Source: an uncultured Bifidobacteriaceae bacterium (GTDB lineage Bacteria; Actinomycetota; Actinomycetes; S36-B12). Taken from it: a stretch of 64,000 nt of DNA. The notes under the pieces were generated by a model, which worked only from the letters and a program-made list of their open reading frames with translations, ran no database searches and was not told the origin of the DNA. Positions 44,657 to 53,719 of this stretch are shown one piece after another. The translations under genes were made by a program, and so were the position numbers. The stretch covers positions 19,642-83,641 of the forward strand of contig CAZQXO010000004.1 in NCBI GenBank assembly GCA_964597445.1, in the 5' to 3' direction. Positions within the stretch are counted from its first letter, which is position 1. Every line of letters starts with the position of its first letter.

Positions 44657-46450
44657 TCAGGCGTAGAGACGCTCGACGTCGTCGGCGAACTCCTCCATCA
44701 CGACGGAGCGCTTGAGCTTCAGGGACGGCGTGATCTGGCCGCCCTCCTCGGTCCAATCGACGGGGAGGATCGCGAACTTCTTGATCGCCTCGGCGTGCGA
44801 CACGGCCTTGTTCGCCTCGTCGATCGCCGACTGGATCGCGGCGTTCAGATCCGGGTCGTTGACCATGTCGGCCACCGTGACGTCGCCCTTGTTGTTCTGC
44901 GCGACCCACGCGGGGAAGGACTCCGGGTCGATCGTCACGAGAGCCGCGATGAACGGCTTGGCGTCACCCACGACCATGCACTGGCTCACGAGCCAGTTGG
45001 CACGGAGGCGATCCTCGAGGACGGCCGGGGCGACGTTCTTGCCCGCGGCCGTGACGATGATCTCCTTCTTGCGTCCGGTGATGGTGACGAAGCCGTCGTC
45101 GTCGATCTCGCCGATGTCACCGGAGTGGAACCAGCCGTCCGGCTCCAGGGCCTCCGCCGTCGCCGTCGGGTTGTTCCAGTAGCCCACGAAGATCTGCCCG
45201 CCACCGAGCAGGATCTCTCCGTCCTCGGCGATCTTGACCTTGGCACCGGGGACGGGTTGACCGACCGACCCGATGCGCAGCGCGCTGGGACGGTTCACGG
45301 TGCTGGCGGCCGACGTCTCCGTCAGGCCGTAGCCCTCGAGGATCGTGACGCCGATGCCCCGGAAGAAGTGGCCGAGTCGGGCACCCAGGGGGGCTCCACC
45401 CGAGACCGCCCACTGCATCCGCCCACCCATGGCATGCCGCAGCTTGACGTAGACGAGCTTGTCGAACAGGGCGTGCTTGAGCTTGAGCATGAGCCCCGGG
45501 CCCCCGTGGTCGAGGGACTCGCTGTACTGGATGGCGACGTTCGCCGCAGTGTCGAAGATGTGCCCCTTGCCGGCAGCCTGCGCCTTCTGCTGAGCTGAGT
45601 TGTACACCTTCTCGAACACGCGAGGCACCGCGAGGAGGAAGGTCGGCTGGAAGGACGCGAGCCCGGGAAGCAGCTGCTTGATGTCCGCGGCATGGCCGAG
45701 GCGGGCGCCGGCGCGCACGCAGCCCAGCTGGATCACGCGGCCGAACACGTGGGCGATGGGCAGGAACAGCAGGGTGGAGGAGTTCGGGGCCAGGAAGACA
45801 TCCGGGAGGCCGAAGACCACCTGATCGATCTCGAACATGAAGTTGCCGTGCGTGAGCATGCAGCCCTTGGGACGCCCCGTGGTGCCTGACGTGTAGATGA
45901 TCGTGGCGAGGGAGTCCGGGTTCAGCGTCTGGCGCCGAGCCTCGAGCTGCTCGTCGCTGACGCTGTGTCCCTCGCGAGCGAGCTCCTCGAGCGCCCCGTC
46001 CTCAAAGACCCAGGCGCGCGTGCACGTCGGGATCTGGTCGGCCACCTCGTCGTACGTCTTGCGGTTCTTCTCGCTCTCGAGGAACACGGCCACGGAGCCC
46101 GAGTCGCTCAGCATCCACTGGATCTGCTCGGCGGAGGAGGTCTCGTACACCGGGACGCTCACGCATCCGGCGTACCAGATGGCGAAGTCCACGACGGTCC
46201 ACTCGTAGCGGGTCCGGCTCATGACGCCAATGCGCTCACCGGCCTCGACCCCGTTGGCGATGATGCCCTTCGCGACGGCCCGAACCTGGTCGAGGAACTC
46301 CTGGGAGGTGACACCCACCCAGGCATCGCCTCGGGGGACCGAGAAGGCCACGTGGCCAGGGTCCTTGGCGGCGTTCTCGACGATGTGGTCGACGACGCTT
46401 CCGGTCGTTGCGGACGGCTTGGCCTGGGGCACGGAGTATTCGGTTCTCAT
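44657..46450 (-). CDS. fadD: Long-chain fatty acid--CoA ligase (FadD15-like AMP-forming ligase)
   Basis: ORF 44657..46837 trimmed to ATG 46450 (MRTEYSVPQ). AMP-binding motifs IIYTSGTTGRPKG, GYGLTE and GDIGEID. Confidence 0.9.
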   Translation of the reverse strand: MRTEYSVPQAKPSATTGSVVDHIVENAAKDPGHVAFSVPRGDAWVGVTSQEFLDQVRAVAKGIIANGVEAGERIGVMSRTRYEWTVVDFAIWYAGCVSVPVYETSSAEQIQWMLSDSGSVAVFLESEKNRKTYDEVADQIPTCTRAWVFEDGALEELAREGHSVSDEQLEARRQTLNPDSLATIIYTSGTTGRPKGCMLTHGNFMFEIDQVVFGLPDVFLAPNSSTLLFLPIAHVFGRVIQLGCVRAGARLGHAADIKQLLPGLASFQPTFLLAVPRVFEKVYNSAQQKAQAAGKGHIFDTAANVAIQYSESLDHGGPGLMLKLKHALFDKLVYVKLRHAMGGRMQWAVSGGAPLGARLGHFFRGIGVTILEGYGLTETSAASTVNRPSALRIGSVGQPVPGAKVKIAEDGEILLGGGQIFVGYWNNPTATAEALEPDGWFHSGDIGEIDDDGFVTITGRKKEIIVTAAGKNVAPAVLEDRLRANWLVSQCMVVGDAKPFIAALVTIDPESFPAWVAQNNKGDVTVADMVNDPDLNAAIQSAIDEANKAVSHAEAIKKFAILPVDWTEEGGQITPSLKLKRSVVMEEFADDVERLYA

Positions 46451-46510
46451 GTCGACACCGTAGATCAGCCTCCGGATGTTGGCACGCGATTCGCATGGCA
46501 TTCTGGCGGG

Positions 46511-46912
46511 GTGCGCACGGTCGTGGTGGTGGACGAGAGTCTGGTCGCCGTCCCCCCGGCCGCCCTGCTGTCCCTCCTGGGGGACCCCGCTCGCTGGCCC
46601 GGGTGGTGGCCGGGGAGCCGGGCGACTCTCGTGCGCACGCGCGACGGCCTGCAGTGGTCCCTCGTGGGTGCCCTCGTCGGGACGTCGTCCGTGACCGTCG
46701 TTCCCGACTCCACCGGCGCTCAGGTGCGCTACCGACTCGAGGCTGATCCCGCTCAGCCCGGCTCCTCGGACACCCCCCGTCGGCTCCCGGACTCGCCTCA
46801 TGGGCGGCGGGAGGTCGACGCGCTCGTCCAGCGGCACCGGGTGGCGTGGAAGCGGGCCGTCTTCTCGTTCGTGGCCGAGTACGAGGCCTCCGTCACCGGG
46901 CGCCGGTACTGA
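46511..46912 (+). CDS. SRPBCC/polyketide-cyclase-like small protein (Rv2186c-like), tentative
   Basis: GTG 46511 within ORF 45965..46912 (VRTVVVVDESLVAVPPAALLSLLGDPARWPGWWPG). Assigned from position and pattern only. Confidence 0.5.
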   Translation: MRTVVVVDESLVAVPPAALLSLLGDPARWPGWWPGSRATLVRTRDGLQWSLVGALVGTSSVTVVPDSTGAQVRYRLEADPAQPGSSDTPRRLPDSPHGRREVDALVQRHRVAWKRAVFSFVAEYEASVTGRRY

Positions 46913-46917
46913 GCCTC

Positions 46918-47706
46918 ATGCGCGTTCATGTGGTCAGCGACGTCCATGGTGCAGCGCGGGAGCTCGCGGCGGCAGCAGCGGGGGCGGACGCCTTCGTCTG
47001 CCTGGGCGATCTCATCTGCTTCCTCGACTACCACGATCCGAGCCGGGGGATCTTCGCGGACCTGTTCGGCGAGGAGCACGCCCGGCGCTACATCGAGCTG
47101 CGTACGGCCAACCGGTTCACGGAAGCTCGGGAGCTGAGCGCGCGGGCGTGGGAGTCGCTCGGGGTCACGGGCCAGGAGGGCCGCTTCGGCGTCATGGAGG
47201 CCATGGTGCGCGTGCAGTACGAGGAGCTGTTCGATGCGATGCCCGCTCCGGCACTGCTCACGTTCGGCAACGTCGACCTTCCTGCCCTGTGGCCGGAGTT
47301 CGTCCGGGACGGGCATCGGGTGCTCGACGGTGAGGTCATCGAGGTGGACGGCATGCGGTGGGGCTTCGTGGGGGGAGGCCTCGTGAGCCCCATGCGAACA
47401 CCGTTCGAGATCACACCGGACGAGTACGCGGAGAAGCTCGACCGCCTCGGCCCCGTCGACGTCCTCTTCACGCACATCCCCCCAGCCGTGCCCGAGCTCG
47501 TCTACGACGTGGAGGCGCGTCGCTTCGAGGTGGGCAGCGCGGCCCTTCTCGAGTACGTGCGCACCTGGCAGCCGAGATTCCACCTCTTCGGTCACATCCA
47601 CCAGCCCCTCGCCGCCAGGCGACGCATCGGCCGAACGGAGTGCATCAACGTCGGCCACTTCGCGGGTTCGGGTCAGCCCTACGTCCTCGACCTCGTCGAC
47701 GCGTGA
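46918..47706 (+). CDS. Metallophosphoesterase
   Basis: ORF 46846..47706 trimmed to ATG 46918 (MRVHVVSDVHG). Motifs CLGD, FGNVD and GHIH. Confidence 0.8.
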   Translation: MRVHVVSDVHGAARELAAAAAGADAFVCLGDLICFLDYHDPSRGIFADLFGEEHARRYIELRTANRFTEARELSARAWESLGVTGQEGRFGVMEAMVRVQYEELFDAMPAPALLTFGNVDLPALWPEFVRDGHRVLDGEVIEVDGMRWGFVGGGLVSPMRTPFEITPDEYAEKLDRLGPVDVLFTHIPPAVPELVYDVEARRFEVGSAALLEYVRTWQPRFHLFGHIHQPLAARRRIGRTECINVGHFAGSGQPYVLDLVDA

Positions 47707-47730
47707 ACCGCACGGAGTAGCCTTCGCGTC

Positions 47731-48174
47731 ATGGCCGACCAGACTCAGTCCAGCATCGTCATCGACGCACCTGCCGATCGCATCATGGCCGTGATCGCCG
47801 ACCTCCCCGCGTACCCGCAGTGGAGCGATGGCATCGCGTCGGTGACCGTGCTCTCCGTCTACGAGGACGACAACCGACCGGCCGACGCCAGGTTTGTGCT
47901 GGATTCTGGGGCCATCAAGGACACCTACGAGCTGGAGTACGACTGGGACGACAATGCTCGTGTCTCCTGGACGCTGACCAAGGGCGACATGCTGACGGCC
48001 ATGGACGGCACGTACGAGCTCTCGGAGAACGGCGACGGCACCACGACCGTGCACTATCGCCTCTCAGTCGACGTCAAGATCCCGATGATCGGCATGATCA
48101 AGCGCAAGGCCGAGAAGGTCATCGTCGACACGGCCCTCAAGGGACTCAAGAAGCGCGTAGAAGCCGGCTCCTGA
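47731..48174 (+). CDS. SRPBCC-family (cyclase/dehydrase-like) protein (Rv2185c-like)
   Basis: 147 aa. SIVIDAPADRIMAVIADLPAYPQWSDGI is a typical START/SRPBCC N-terminus. Confidence 0.75.
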   Translation: MADQTQSSIVIDAPADRIMAVIADLPAYPQWSDGIASVTVLSVYEDDNRPADARFVLDSGAIKDTYELEYDWDDNARVSWTLTKGDMLTAMDGTYELSENGDGTTTVHYRLSVDVKIPMIGMIKRKAEKVIVDTALKGLKKRVEAGS

Positions 48175-48182
48175 GGTCTCTC

Positions 48183-49283
48183 GTGAGCGACTCCGCGCGC
48201 GTCCTCGTGTTCGCCGGTGACGGCGGAGCTGGGACCACGACCTTCGCCCGCCGGACGGCGGACGAGATGCGGGATCTGGGGCTCTCCGTCGAGGAGGTGG
48301 ATGCCTCCGGCGAAGTCCTGGGTGAGCTGAGCGCTGACCTCGTATCCGACCTCCAGCGCACCATTGGCCTGCTGTGGCGCGAGGCTGGTGCCGACCCGAT
48401 GCTGGTGGAGGAGTGGAGCGGTCTCGCGGGCCTGCGCCTTGTCGAGGCGTGGCAGGCCATCGCATCTGCTCGACGCACCGCGGACGTCGTCGTCGTCGAC
48501 GCCGGCTCCCTGGCGCGGCTGCGTGACCTGGCCGCCACGCCCGGGACGCTCCTGCGCCTGATTGATGCGGCCATGACCCCGCGCAGTGCCATGTGGCGCT
48601 CGTCCTCAGGTGACGCCGACCTGTTCGAGTCGCTCTCGACCGCACGGCTGGCGGCACGGGACTGGTGTGCCGTCCTGCAGGGCCCGCGCACGTCCGCCCG
48701 GCTCCTCGCCCGACCGGACGGTGCGACGATCCCGAGGGTCCTGCGCACGCGCGATCAGGTGACCATCATGGGCATGCTGGTCGACGGCATCATCGTCGGC
48801 CAGGTGCCGGCCAAGAAGGATCGTCGACGGCGTCCCGAGCGGCAGCGGGCCCTCGCAGCGCGGAACGAGTACCGGGAGCGGGCGCCCGGGATGCCCGTGT
48901 GGCACTCGACCAGCCGCATCACGATGGCTCCTCGAGGTGCGCGTGCCGTCGATGTCCTGATCGACCCGCGACTCTCCACACCCCGGGCGAGCACGTTCGT
49001 GGTGGAGGAGAACGGTGACGGCTTCACGCTCCTGGTGCCTCTGCGCGATGTCGCGGGGGAGGTGCGCGTGGGAGTTCAGGGCGCATCCCTCGTGCTTGCC
49101 CTCGACGGGGTGAATGCCTGGCATGAGCTGCCATCGGTGCTGGCCCGGTGCGACGCCGTCCGCGTCCAGTACGTCGATCACGGGTATGTGGTGCGCTGGG
49201 AGCCCGTCCGCGACCTTTGGAGTGCCTCGCTCGTCGACGGGCACGCCGCCGGTGGCGATCTCGACGCGGGAGGGAACGCATGA
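48183..49283 (+). CDS. ArsA/GET3-like P-loop NTPase homolog with degenerate Walker A (Rv2184c-like)
   Basis: ORF 47820..49283 trimmed to GTG 48183. It reads VLVFAGDGGAGTTTFA where ArsA-type proteins have GKGGVGKTT. The C-terminal beta-rich domain is HSP20/CS-like by pattern. Confidence 0.7.
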   Translation: MSDSARVLVFAGDGGAGTTTFARRTADEMRDLGLSVEEVDASGEVLGELSADLVSDLQRTIGLLWREAGADPMLVEEWSGLAGLRLVEAWQAIASARRTADVVVVDAGSLARLRDLAATPGTLLRLIDAAMTPRSAMWRSSSGDADLFESLSTARLAARDWCAVLQGPRTSARLLARPDGATIPRVLRTRDQVTIMGMLVDGIIVGQVPAKKDRRRRPERQRALAARNEYRERAPGMPVWHSTSRITMAPRGARAVDVLIDPRLSTPRASTFVVEENGDGFTLLVPLRDVAGEVRVGVQGASLVLALDGVNAWHELPSVLARCDAVRVQYVDHGYVVRWEPVRDLWSASLVDGHAAGGDLDAGGNA

Positions 49284-49660
49284 CGGATCGGCCGGATCTG
49301 CCCTGGTGGTACTCGGGGGAGGGCGACGCTCACCGGGGCGCGCCGGACGACGACGGTGCGACGCCGCACCAGGCGCCGGACGCAGGGTCCCGTGGAGGCA
49401 TGGACTGGATGGGGATGCTCTCCGGTGCGGCACGCATGGTCGACTGGGCGGCGTCCGCTGTGGTCGAGCCGCACGGAGACCACCGTGATCCCGCTCAGCA
49501 CCCGGACTGCATGATCTGCCGAACGCTGGTCCTCCTGCAGGACCGCACCGGCATGACCGCGCCCACCAGTGGGTCGCCCGTTCCGGCTGACCCACGTGCG
49601 GAGGCCCAGCCGATCCGCTGGATTCCCGTGGTGGACGGACCCCTCCCACCGCGCGGCTAG
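49280..49660 (+). CDS. Conserved actinobacterial hypothetical protein (DUF5304-like)
   Basis: ATG 49280 overlaps the upstream stop (ATGA). Contains HPDCMICRTL. The family name is from memory. Confidence 0.55.
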   Translation: MTDRPDLPWWYSGEGDAHRGAPDDDGATPHQAPDAGSRGGMDWMGMLSGAARMVDWAASAVVEPHGDHRDPAQHPDCMICRTLVLLQDRTGMTAPTSGSPVPADPRAEAQPIRWIPVVDGPLPPRG

Positions 49661-49670
49661 GCTTCCCCGC

Positions 49671-50627
49671 ATGGGTCTGTCGATCGGAGTCGATGTCGGC
49701 GGCACCAAGATCCTTGCCGGTGCTGTGGCCGAGGACGGCCGAATCCAGGCCACCGCCCGGCGGCCCACTCCCCGTCACGATGCCGAGGCCGTGCTGGAGC
49801 AGGTGGCTGACGTCGTCGCCGAGTTGCGCGATGGAGCGGACGAGACGATCGACGGGGTGGGTGTCGGTATCGCGGGTGTCGTTGACGCCGAGCGCTCGCG
49901 CGTGTACTTCGCCCCGAATCTGCGGTGGTCGCAGGTGCCGGCTCGGGCCCTCCTCGAGGCTTCCACGGGCCTCCCCGTCGTCGTGGAGAACGACGGCAAC
50001 ATCGCCGCGTGGGGTGAGTACCGCTTCGGTGCGGGACGCGGGACTTCGGACATGGTGCTCGTCACCGTCGGCACAGGTATCGGTGGGGGCATCGTCATCG
50101 ACGGTCGCCTCTTCCGCGGCGCCCATGGCGCTGCCGGCGAGATCGGGCACATCAATGCTGTCCCCGACGGCCGGGCCTGCGGCTGCGGGCGCGGTGGGTG
50201 CTGGGAGCAGTACGCCAGCGGAAACGCCCTCGTGCGCGAGGCACGGGAGCTCGCGGCGGAGCGACGCTCCGAGGCCGGACTCCTCCTGTCTCTGGGGGAT
50301 GGCACCCCCGAGGGAGTTCAGGGACCTGAGGTGACTCAGGCGGCTCTGGCAGGGGACCCCATCGCCATGGAGGCCTTCGCTCGGGTGGGCACCTGGCTCG
50401 GGCGGGGATTGGCCGACCTCGCTGCGGTGCTCGACCCTGAAGTGTTCGTCATCGGTGGGGGAGTGTCGGAGTCCGGCGACCTGCTGCTCGCCAGCGCACG
50501 ATCGACACTCAACGACAAGCTCATCGGCCAGCAGAACCGCCCGGCGCCGCTGGTGCGGGCTGCGGAGCTGGCCAACAGTGCGGGCATCGTGGGGGCTGCC
50601 GATCTGGTGCGGCAGCCCGGCGGGTAG
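49671..50627 (+). CDS. glk: ROK-family glucokinase
   Basis: ORF 49569..50627 trimmed to ATG 49671 (MGLSIGVDVGGTKI). Motifs ENDGNIAAWGE, GTGIGGG and the zinc motif CGCGRGGCWE. Confidence 0.9.
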   Translation: MGLSIGVDVGGTKILAGAVAEDGRIQATARRPTPRHDAEAVLEQVADVVAELRDGADETIDGVGVGIAGVVDAERSRVYFAPNLRWSQVPARALLEASTGLPVVVENDGNIAAWGEYRFGAGRGTSDMVLVTVGTGIGGGIVIDGRLFRGAHGAAGEIGHINAVPDGRACGCGRGGCWEQYASGNALVREARELAAERRSEAGLLLSLGDGTPEGVQGPEVTQAALAGDPIAMEAFARVGTWLGRGLADLAAVLDPEVFVIGGGVSESGDLLLASARSTLNDKLIGQQNRPAPLVRAAELANSAGIVGAADLVRQPGG

Positions 50628-50687
50628 CGCAGTGGAGCGCCGCGTGAAGCGCCGCGTAGCGAGGTGATGATCGACCGTGGGGTCAGG

Positions 50688-51122
50688 TCAGACGATCGCG
50701 CCGTTGTTGCCGTCGTCCTCGCGCTCCTTCATCCGCGCGACGAGCGTGACGAAGCCGGCGATCGTGGCCGCGATGCCGAGCCCGGTGAGCCAGCCGTCCC
50801 ACGCGAGGACCCGGGTGCCCACGATGACGATGGGGCCACCGATCACCGCGGCCCAGGCGAAGCGTCCTGCGGTGTCCGTGGGGCGCCTGATCGGGGGAGG
50901 GTGCGGGGGCTCGTAGCCCTCCTCGTCATCGGGTTCGAGCAGTTCGTCGTGATCGGCCAGGGGATCGGGATGATCGCCCGTCGCTGACAGGGGCGGGAGA
51001 GATCGCTCCCTCGGGAAGTCCGGGCCCAGGTCGACCTGGCCGCTGAGGTCGGCGACGATGGCATCCCATGCGCGCTCCTCATGCTCGGGCAGGCGGCCCT
51101 CGCGCGGCTCCGGTGAGCTCAT
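50688..51122 (-). CDS. Hypothetical membrane protein (acidic Pro-rich N-terminal half, two C-terminal TM helices)
   Basis: 144-aa ORF with a 4-nt overlap with the upstream hydrolase gene stop. High GC3. Confidence 0.55.
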   Translation of the reverse strand: MSSPEPREGRLPEHEERAWDAIVADLSGQVDLGPDFPRERSLPPLSATGDHPDPLADHDELLEPDDEEGYEPPHPPPIRRPTDTAGRFAWAAVIGGPIVIVGTRVLAWDGWLTGLGIAATIAGFVTLVARMKEREDDGNNGAIV

Positions 51123-51865
51123 GAGGTGAGGCGCCGGACGAAGTCGATGCTGTCGCGCACGATGATCTCCGCGTCGTGATCGAGCGTGGCGACGTGGTAC
51201 GAGTCAGCCAGCACGACCTCCGTGGCATCGGTGGATGACACGTGGGCGAGGATGTGCGCTGCATTCGATGCCTCGACGACGTGATCGACGGCACTGCGGA
51301 AGAGCAGGAGCGGATTCGTGACTCTCGGCAGGTTCTCCTTGACGTCGCGCCACATCTGCGACAGCGAGTGGGCGGCCTTGAGGGGGATGCGGTCGTAGGC
51401 CCCTTCGTCCTGGCCCGGCTTGGCGATGTCGTTCGATATGCCAGGGAAGCCGCCGATGACGTGCTGGAGGATCGGGAGCAGGAATCGATCGGGGCGCTCG
51501 GTGTGGACGGCCGGGTTCACGAGCACGATCCCGCGAATGGCATCGCCGTGCTGCTCTGCGAGACGCAGGGTCAGGGACCCTCCCATCGACAGGCCCATGA
51601 CGAAGACGGCATCGCACGTCGACTGGAGCACGCGAAGAGCGCGCTCGGACTCGTGGTACCAGTCCTGCCATGTGGTCAGGTTCATGTCCTGCCAGCGCGT
51701 GCCGTGGCCGGGAAGCAGCGGGACGGACACGCTCCACCCCTGCTCGACCAGCGCGCGACCCCAGGGGGTCATGGACTTCGGCGACCCGGTGAATCCGTGC
51801 AGGAGCAGCACTCCTGTGCGGTCACCGGCATGGCTCCACGGTTCGGCGCCGGGCATCAGGGCCAT
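51119..51865 (-). CDS. Alpha/beta hydrolase (carboxylesterase / monoacylglycerol-lipase-like)
   Basis: ORF 51119..52156 trimmed to ATG 51865 (MALMPGAEPW). LLHGFTG, GLSMGG (GxSxG) and a C-terminal catalytic His context. Confidence 0.85.
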   Translation of the reverse strand: MALMPGAEPWSHAGDRTGVLLLHGFTGSPKSMTPWGRALVEQGWSVSVPLLPGHGTRWQDMNLTTWQDWYHESERALRVLQSTCDAVFVMGLSMGGSLTLRLAEQHGDAIRGIVLVNPAVHTERPDRFLLPILQHVIGGFPGISNDIAKPGQDEGAYDRIPLKAAHSLSQMWRDVKENLPRVTNPLLLFRSAVDHVVEASNAAHILAHVSSTDATEVVLADSYHVATLDHDAEIIVRDSIDFVRRLTS

Positions 51866-51980
51866 GGGGTACTCCTCGCCGTGCTCTTCTCGCCACCCGG
51901 CACCACGACGTGTCGTGAGCAGGAGAGGGGACGCCGCCCCGGCGCCGCCACTAGTCTGCCACCTGAGGAGGACGACGTCG

Positions 51981-52727
51981 GTGCTGTACTGGGTCCTGAA
52001 GCACGTGCTGGTCGGGCCATGGCTGCGCGTGCTCTTCCGTCCCTGGGTCGAGGGACTGGAACATGTTCCCCCGAAGGGTGCGGCGATCTTCGCCTCGAAC
52101 CACCTGTCCTTCTCCGACTCGTTCTTCCTTCCCCTGGTCGTTCCCCGGCACATCACCTTTCTCGCGAAGAGCGACTACTTCACCGGACGCGGCATCAAGG
52201 GCCGTCTGACCAAGTGGTTCTTCGCCGGAGTCGGGCAGGTGCCGGTGGATCGCTCAGGTGGGCGCGCGTCCGAGGCGGCCATGCGCACGGGTCTCCGGAT
52301 TCTGGGGGAGGGTCATCTTCTCGGCATCTACCCGGAGGGCACGCGGTCGCCGAACGGCACGCTCTACCGCGGCAAGACGGGCGTAGCCCGCATGGCGATG
52401 GAGGCTCACGTGCCGGTGCTGCCCGTCGCGATGATCAACACCTACGAGATCCAGCCGCCGGGGCAGGTGCGCCCGAGCCTGCGTCGCGTCGGCGTGCGGA
52501 TCGGGGCACCACTCGACTTCTCCCGCTACGAGGGGCTGGAGAACGATCGGTTCGTGCTGCGGTCGGTGACCGACGAGGTCATGTACGAGCTGATGTCCCT
52601 CTCGGGCCAGGAGTACGTCGACATGTACGCGACTCGGGCGAAGGAGCTGATCGCCGAGGGCGAGCCGGCCGATTCCCGGTCCATGCTGCCCGTTGCCTCG
52701 GGTGAGGGTTTGGGAGGCGACGCCTAG
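51981..52727 (+). CDS. plsC: 1-acyl-sn-glycerol-3-phosphate acyltransferase
   Basis: GTG 51981 with GAGGAGG SD inside ORF 51420..52727. Motifs NHLSFSD (HxxxxD) and IYPEGTRS. Confidence 0.88.
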   Translation: MLYWVLKHVLVGPWLRVLFRPWVEGLEHVPPKGAAIFASNHLSFSDSFFLPLVVPRHITFLAKSDYFTGRGIKGRLTKWFFAGVGQVPVDRSGGRASEAAMRTGLRILGEGHLLGIYPEGTRSPNGTLYRGKTGVARMAMEAHVPVLPVAMINTYEIQPPGQVRPSLRRVGVRIGAPLDFSRYEGLENDRFVLRSVTDEVMYELMSLSGQEYVDMYATRAKELIAEGEPADSRSMLPVASGEGLGGDA

Positions 52728-53719
52728 GTTGCCGTGGACTCCGAGGCGCTGAGGCGCTTGTCGAGTGGGGCGAGGATCGTCTCCAGCACGATGGCCAGCA
52801 CGACCGCCAGGAGGGTGAATCCCAGGCGCTCGATCGCGGTCTCGGTGATGGAGGTGCGCACGCCCTCGAGCAGCACGACAGCAGGGGTGAGGAGGCTGAC
52901 GTACTGCCAGTACGGTCGGGTCGTCGCGTAGCGCAGCGTCAGCGATGCCACCGCTGCGGCGAATCCCAGCACGTACAGGGCGGCGGGGTAGTCCCCGAGG
53001 ATCAGGTAGAGCACCATGGCAATGACGAACCCGGCGACGGTCCCGTAGGCCCGCTGGAGCGTTTTGGCACGAGCATCCCGGACGTACGGCTCGAGGATCA
53101 GCAGGAAGGTCATCGCGAACCAGCCGCCTCCGTGCTGCCAGTCGAAGGCCACCACGACGTACATGGCCGCGGACAGGACGACGCCCAGGGTGATGGCGTA
53201 GACGCGCACCCGCCTCCAGGACAGCGGGGTCGCGGGATCATGCGATGCGCGTGGCCTCAGGCGGCGGATGAGGAGGCCGGCCAGTGCACCCCAGAGCGCT
53301 GATCCACCTGCGAGGAGTCCGGCGAGCAGCCAGCCGGGCATGCCCTCGTCCGGCAGCTGAGGGGGAGTGGCGATCAGGAAGATCACGCTGATGGGGGCCA
53401 GGACGACCATGCCCGACGCATTCACCCGGGAGGCGAGGCCGGCACCGACGCCCAGCACTCCGACGACGAGAGCAGCGAGCCACGGTGTCGTGGCGGCGGG
53501 AACAGCCAGTGCGCTGGCGACGCCCACGGCCACGATGGTCGCGATGGTGATCGATCGGGGCGCGAGGAGTGCGGGGATCATCGCGGCCAGAGCGGCGAGG
53601 GTCGTGATGCTCGCCAGGCCGGAGAGGCCGAACGCGGCCAGGGCGAGTCCGGGGATGAAGGCCAAGCCGAGCGTCACGGAGAATCCGAGTACGACCTTCG
53701 TCGCGGCCTGGAGTCTCAT
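52724..53719 (-). CDS. FUSC/aromatic-acid-exporter-like integral membrane protein
   Basis: About 10 TM segments. Start taken at MRLQAATKVVLGF. 4-nt overlaps at both ends. Confidence 0.65.
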   Translation of the reverse strand: MRLQAATKVVLGFSVTLGLAFIPGLALAAFGLSGLASITTLAALAAMIPALLAPRSITIATIVAVGVASALAVPAATTPWLAALVVGVLGVGAGLASRVNASGMVVLAPISVIFLIATPPQLPDEGMPGWLLAGLLAGGSALWGALAGLLIRRLRPRASHDPATPLSWRRVRVYAITLGVVLSAAMYVVVAFDWQHGGGWFAMTFLLILEPYVRDARAKTLQRAYGTVAGFVIAMVLYLILGDYPAALYVLGFAAAVASLTLRYATTRPYWQYVSLLTPAVVLLEGVRTSITETAIERLGFTLLAVVLAIVLETILAPLDKRLSASESTAT

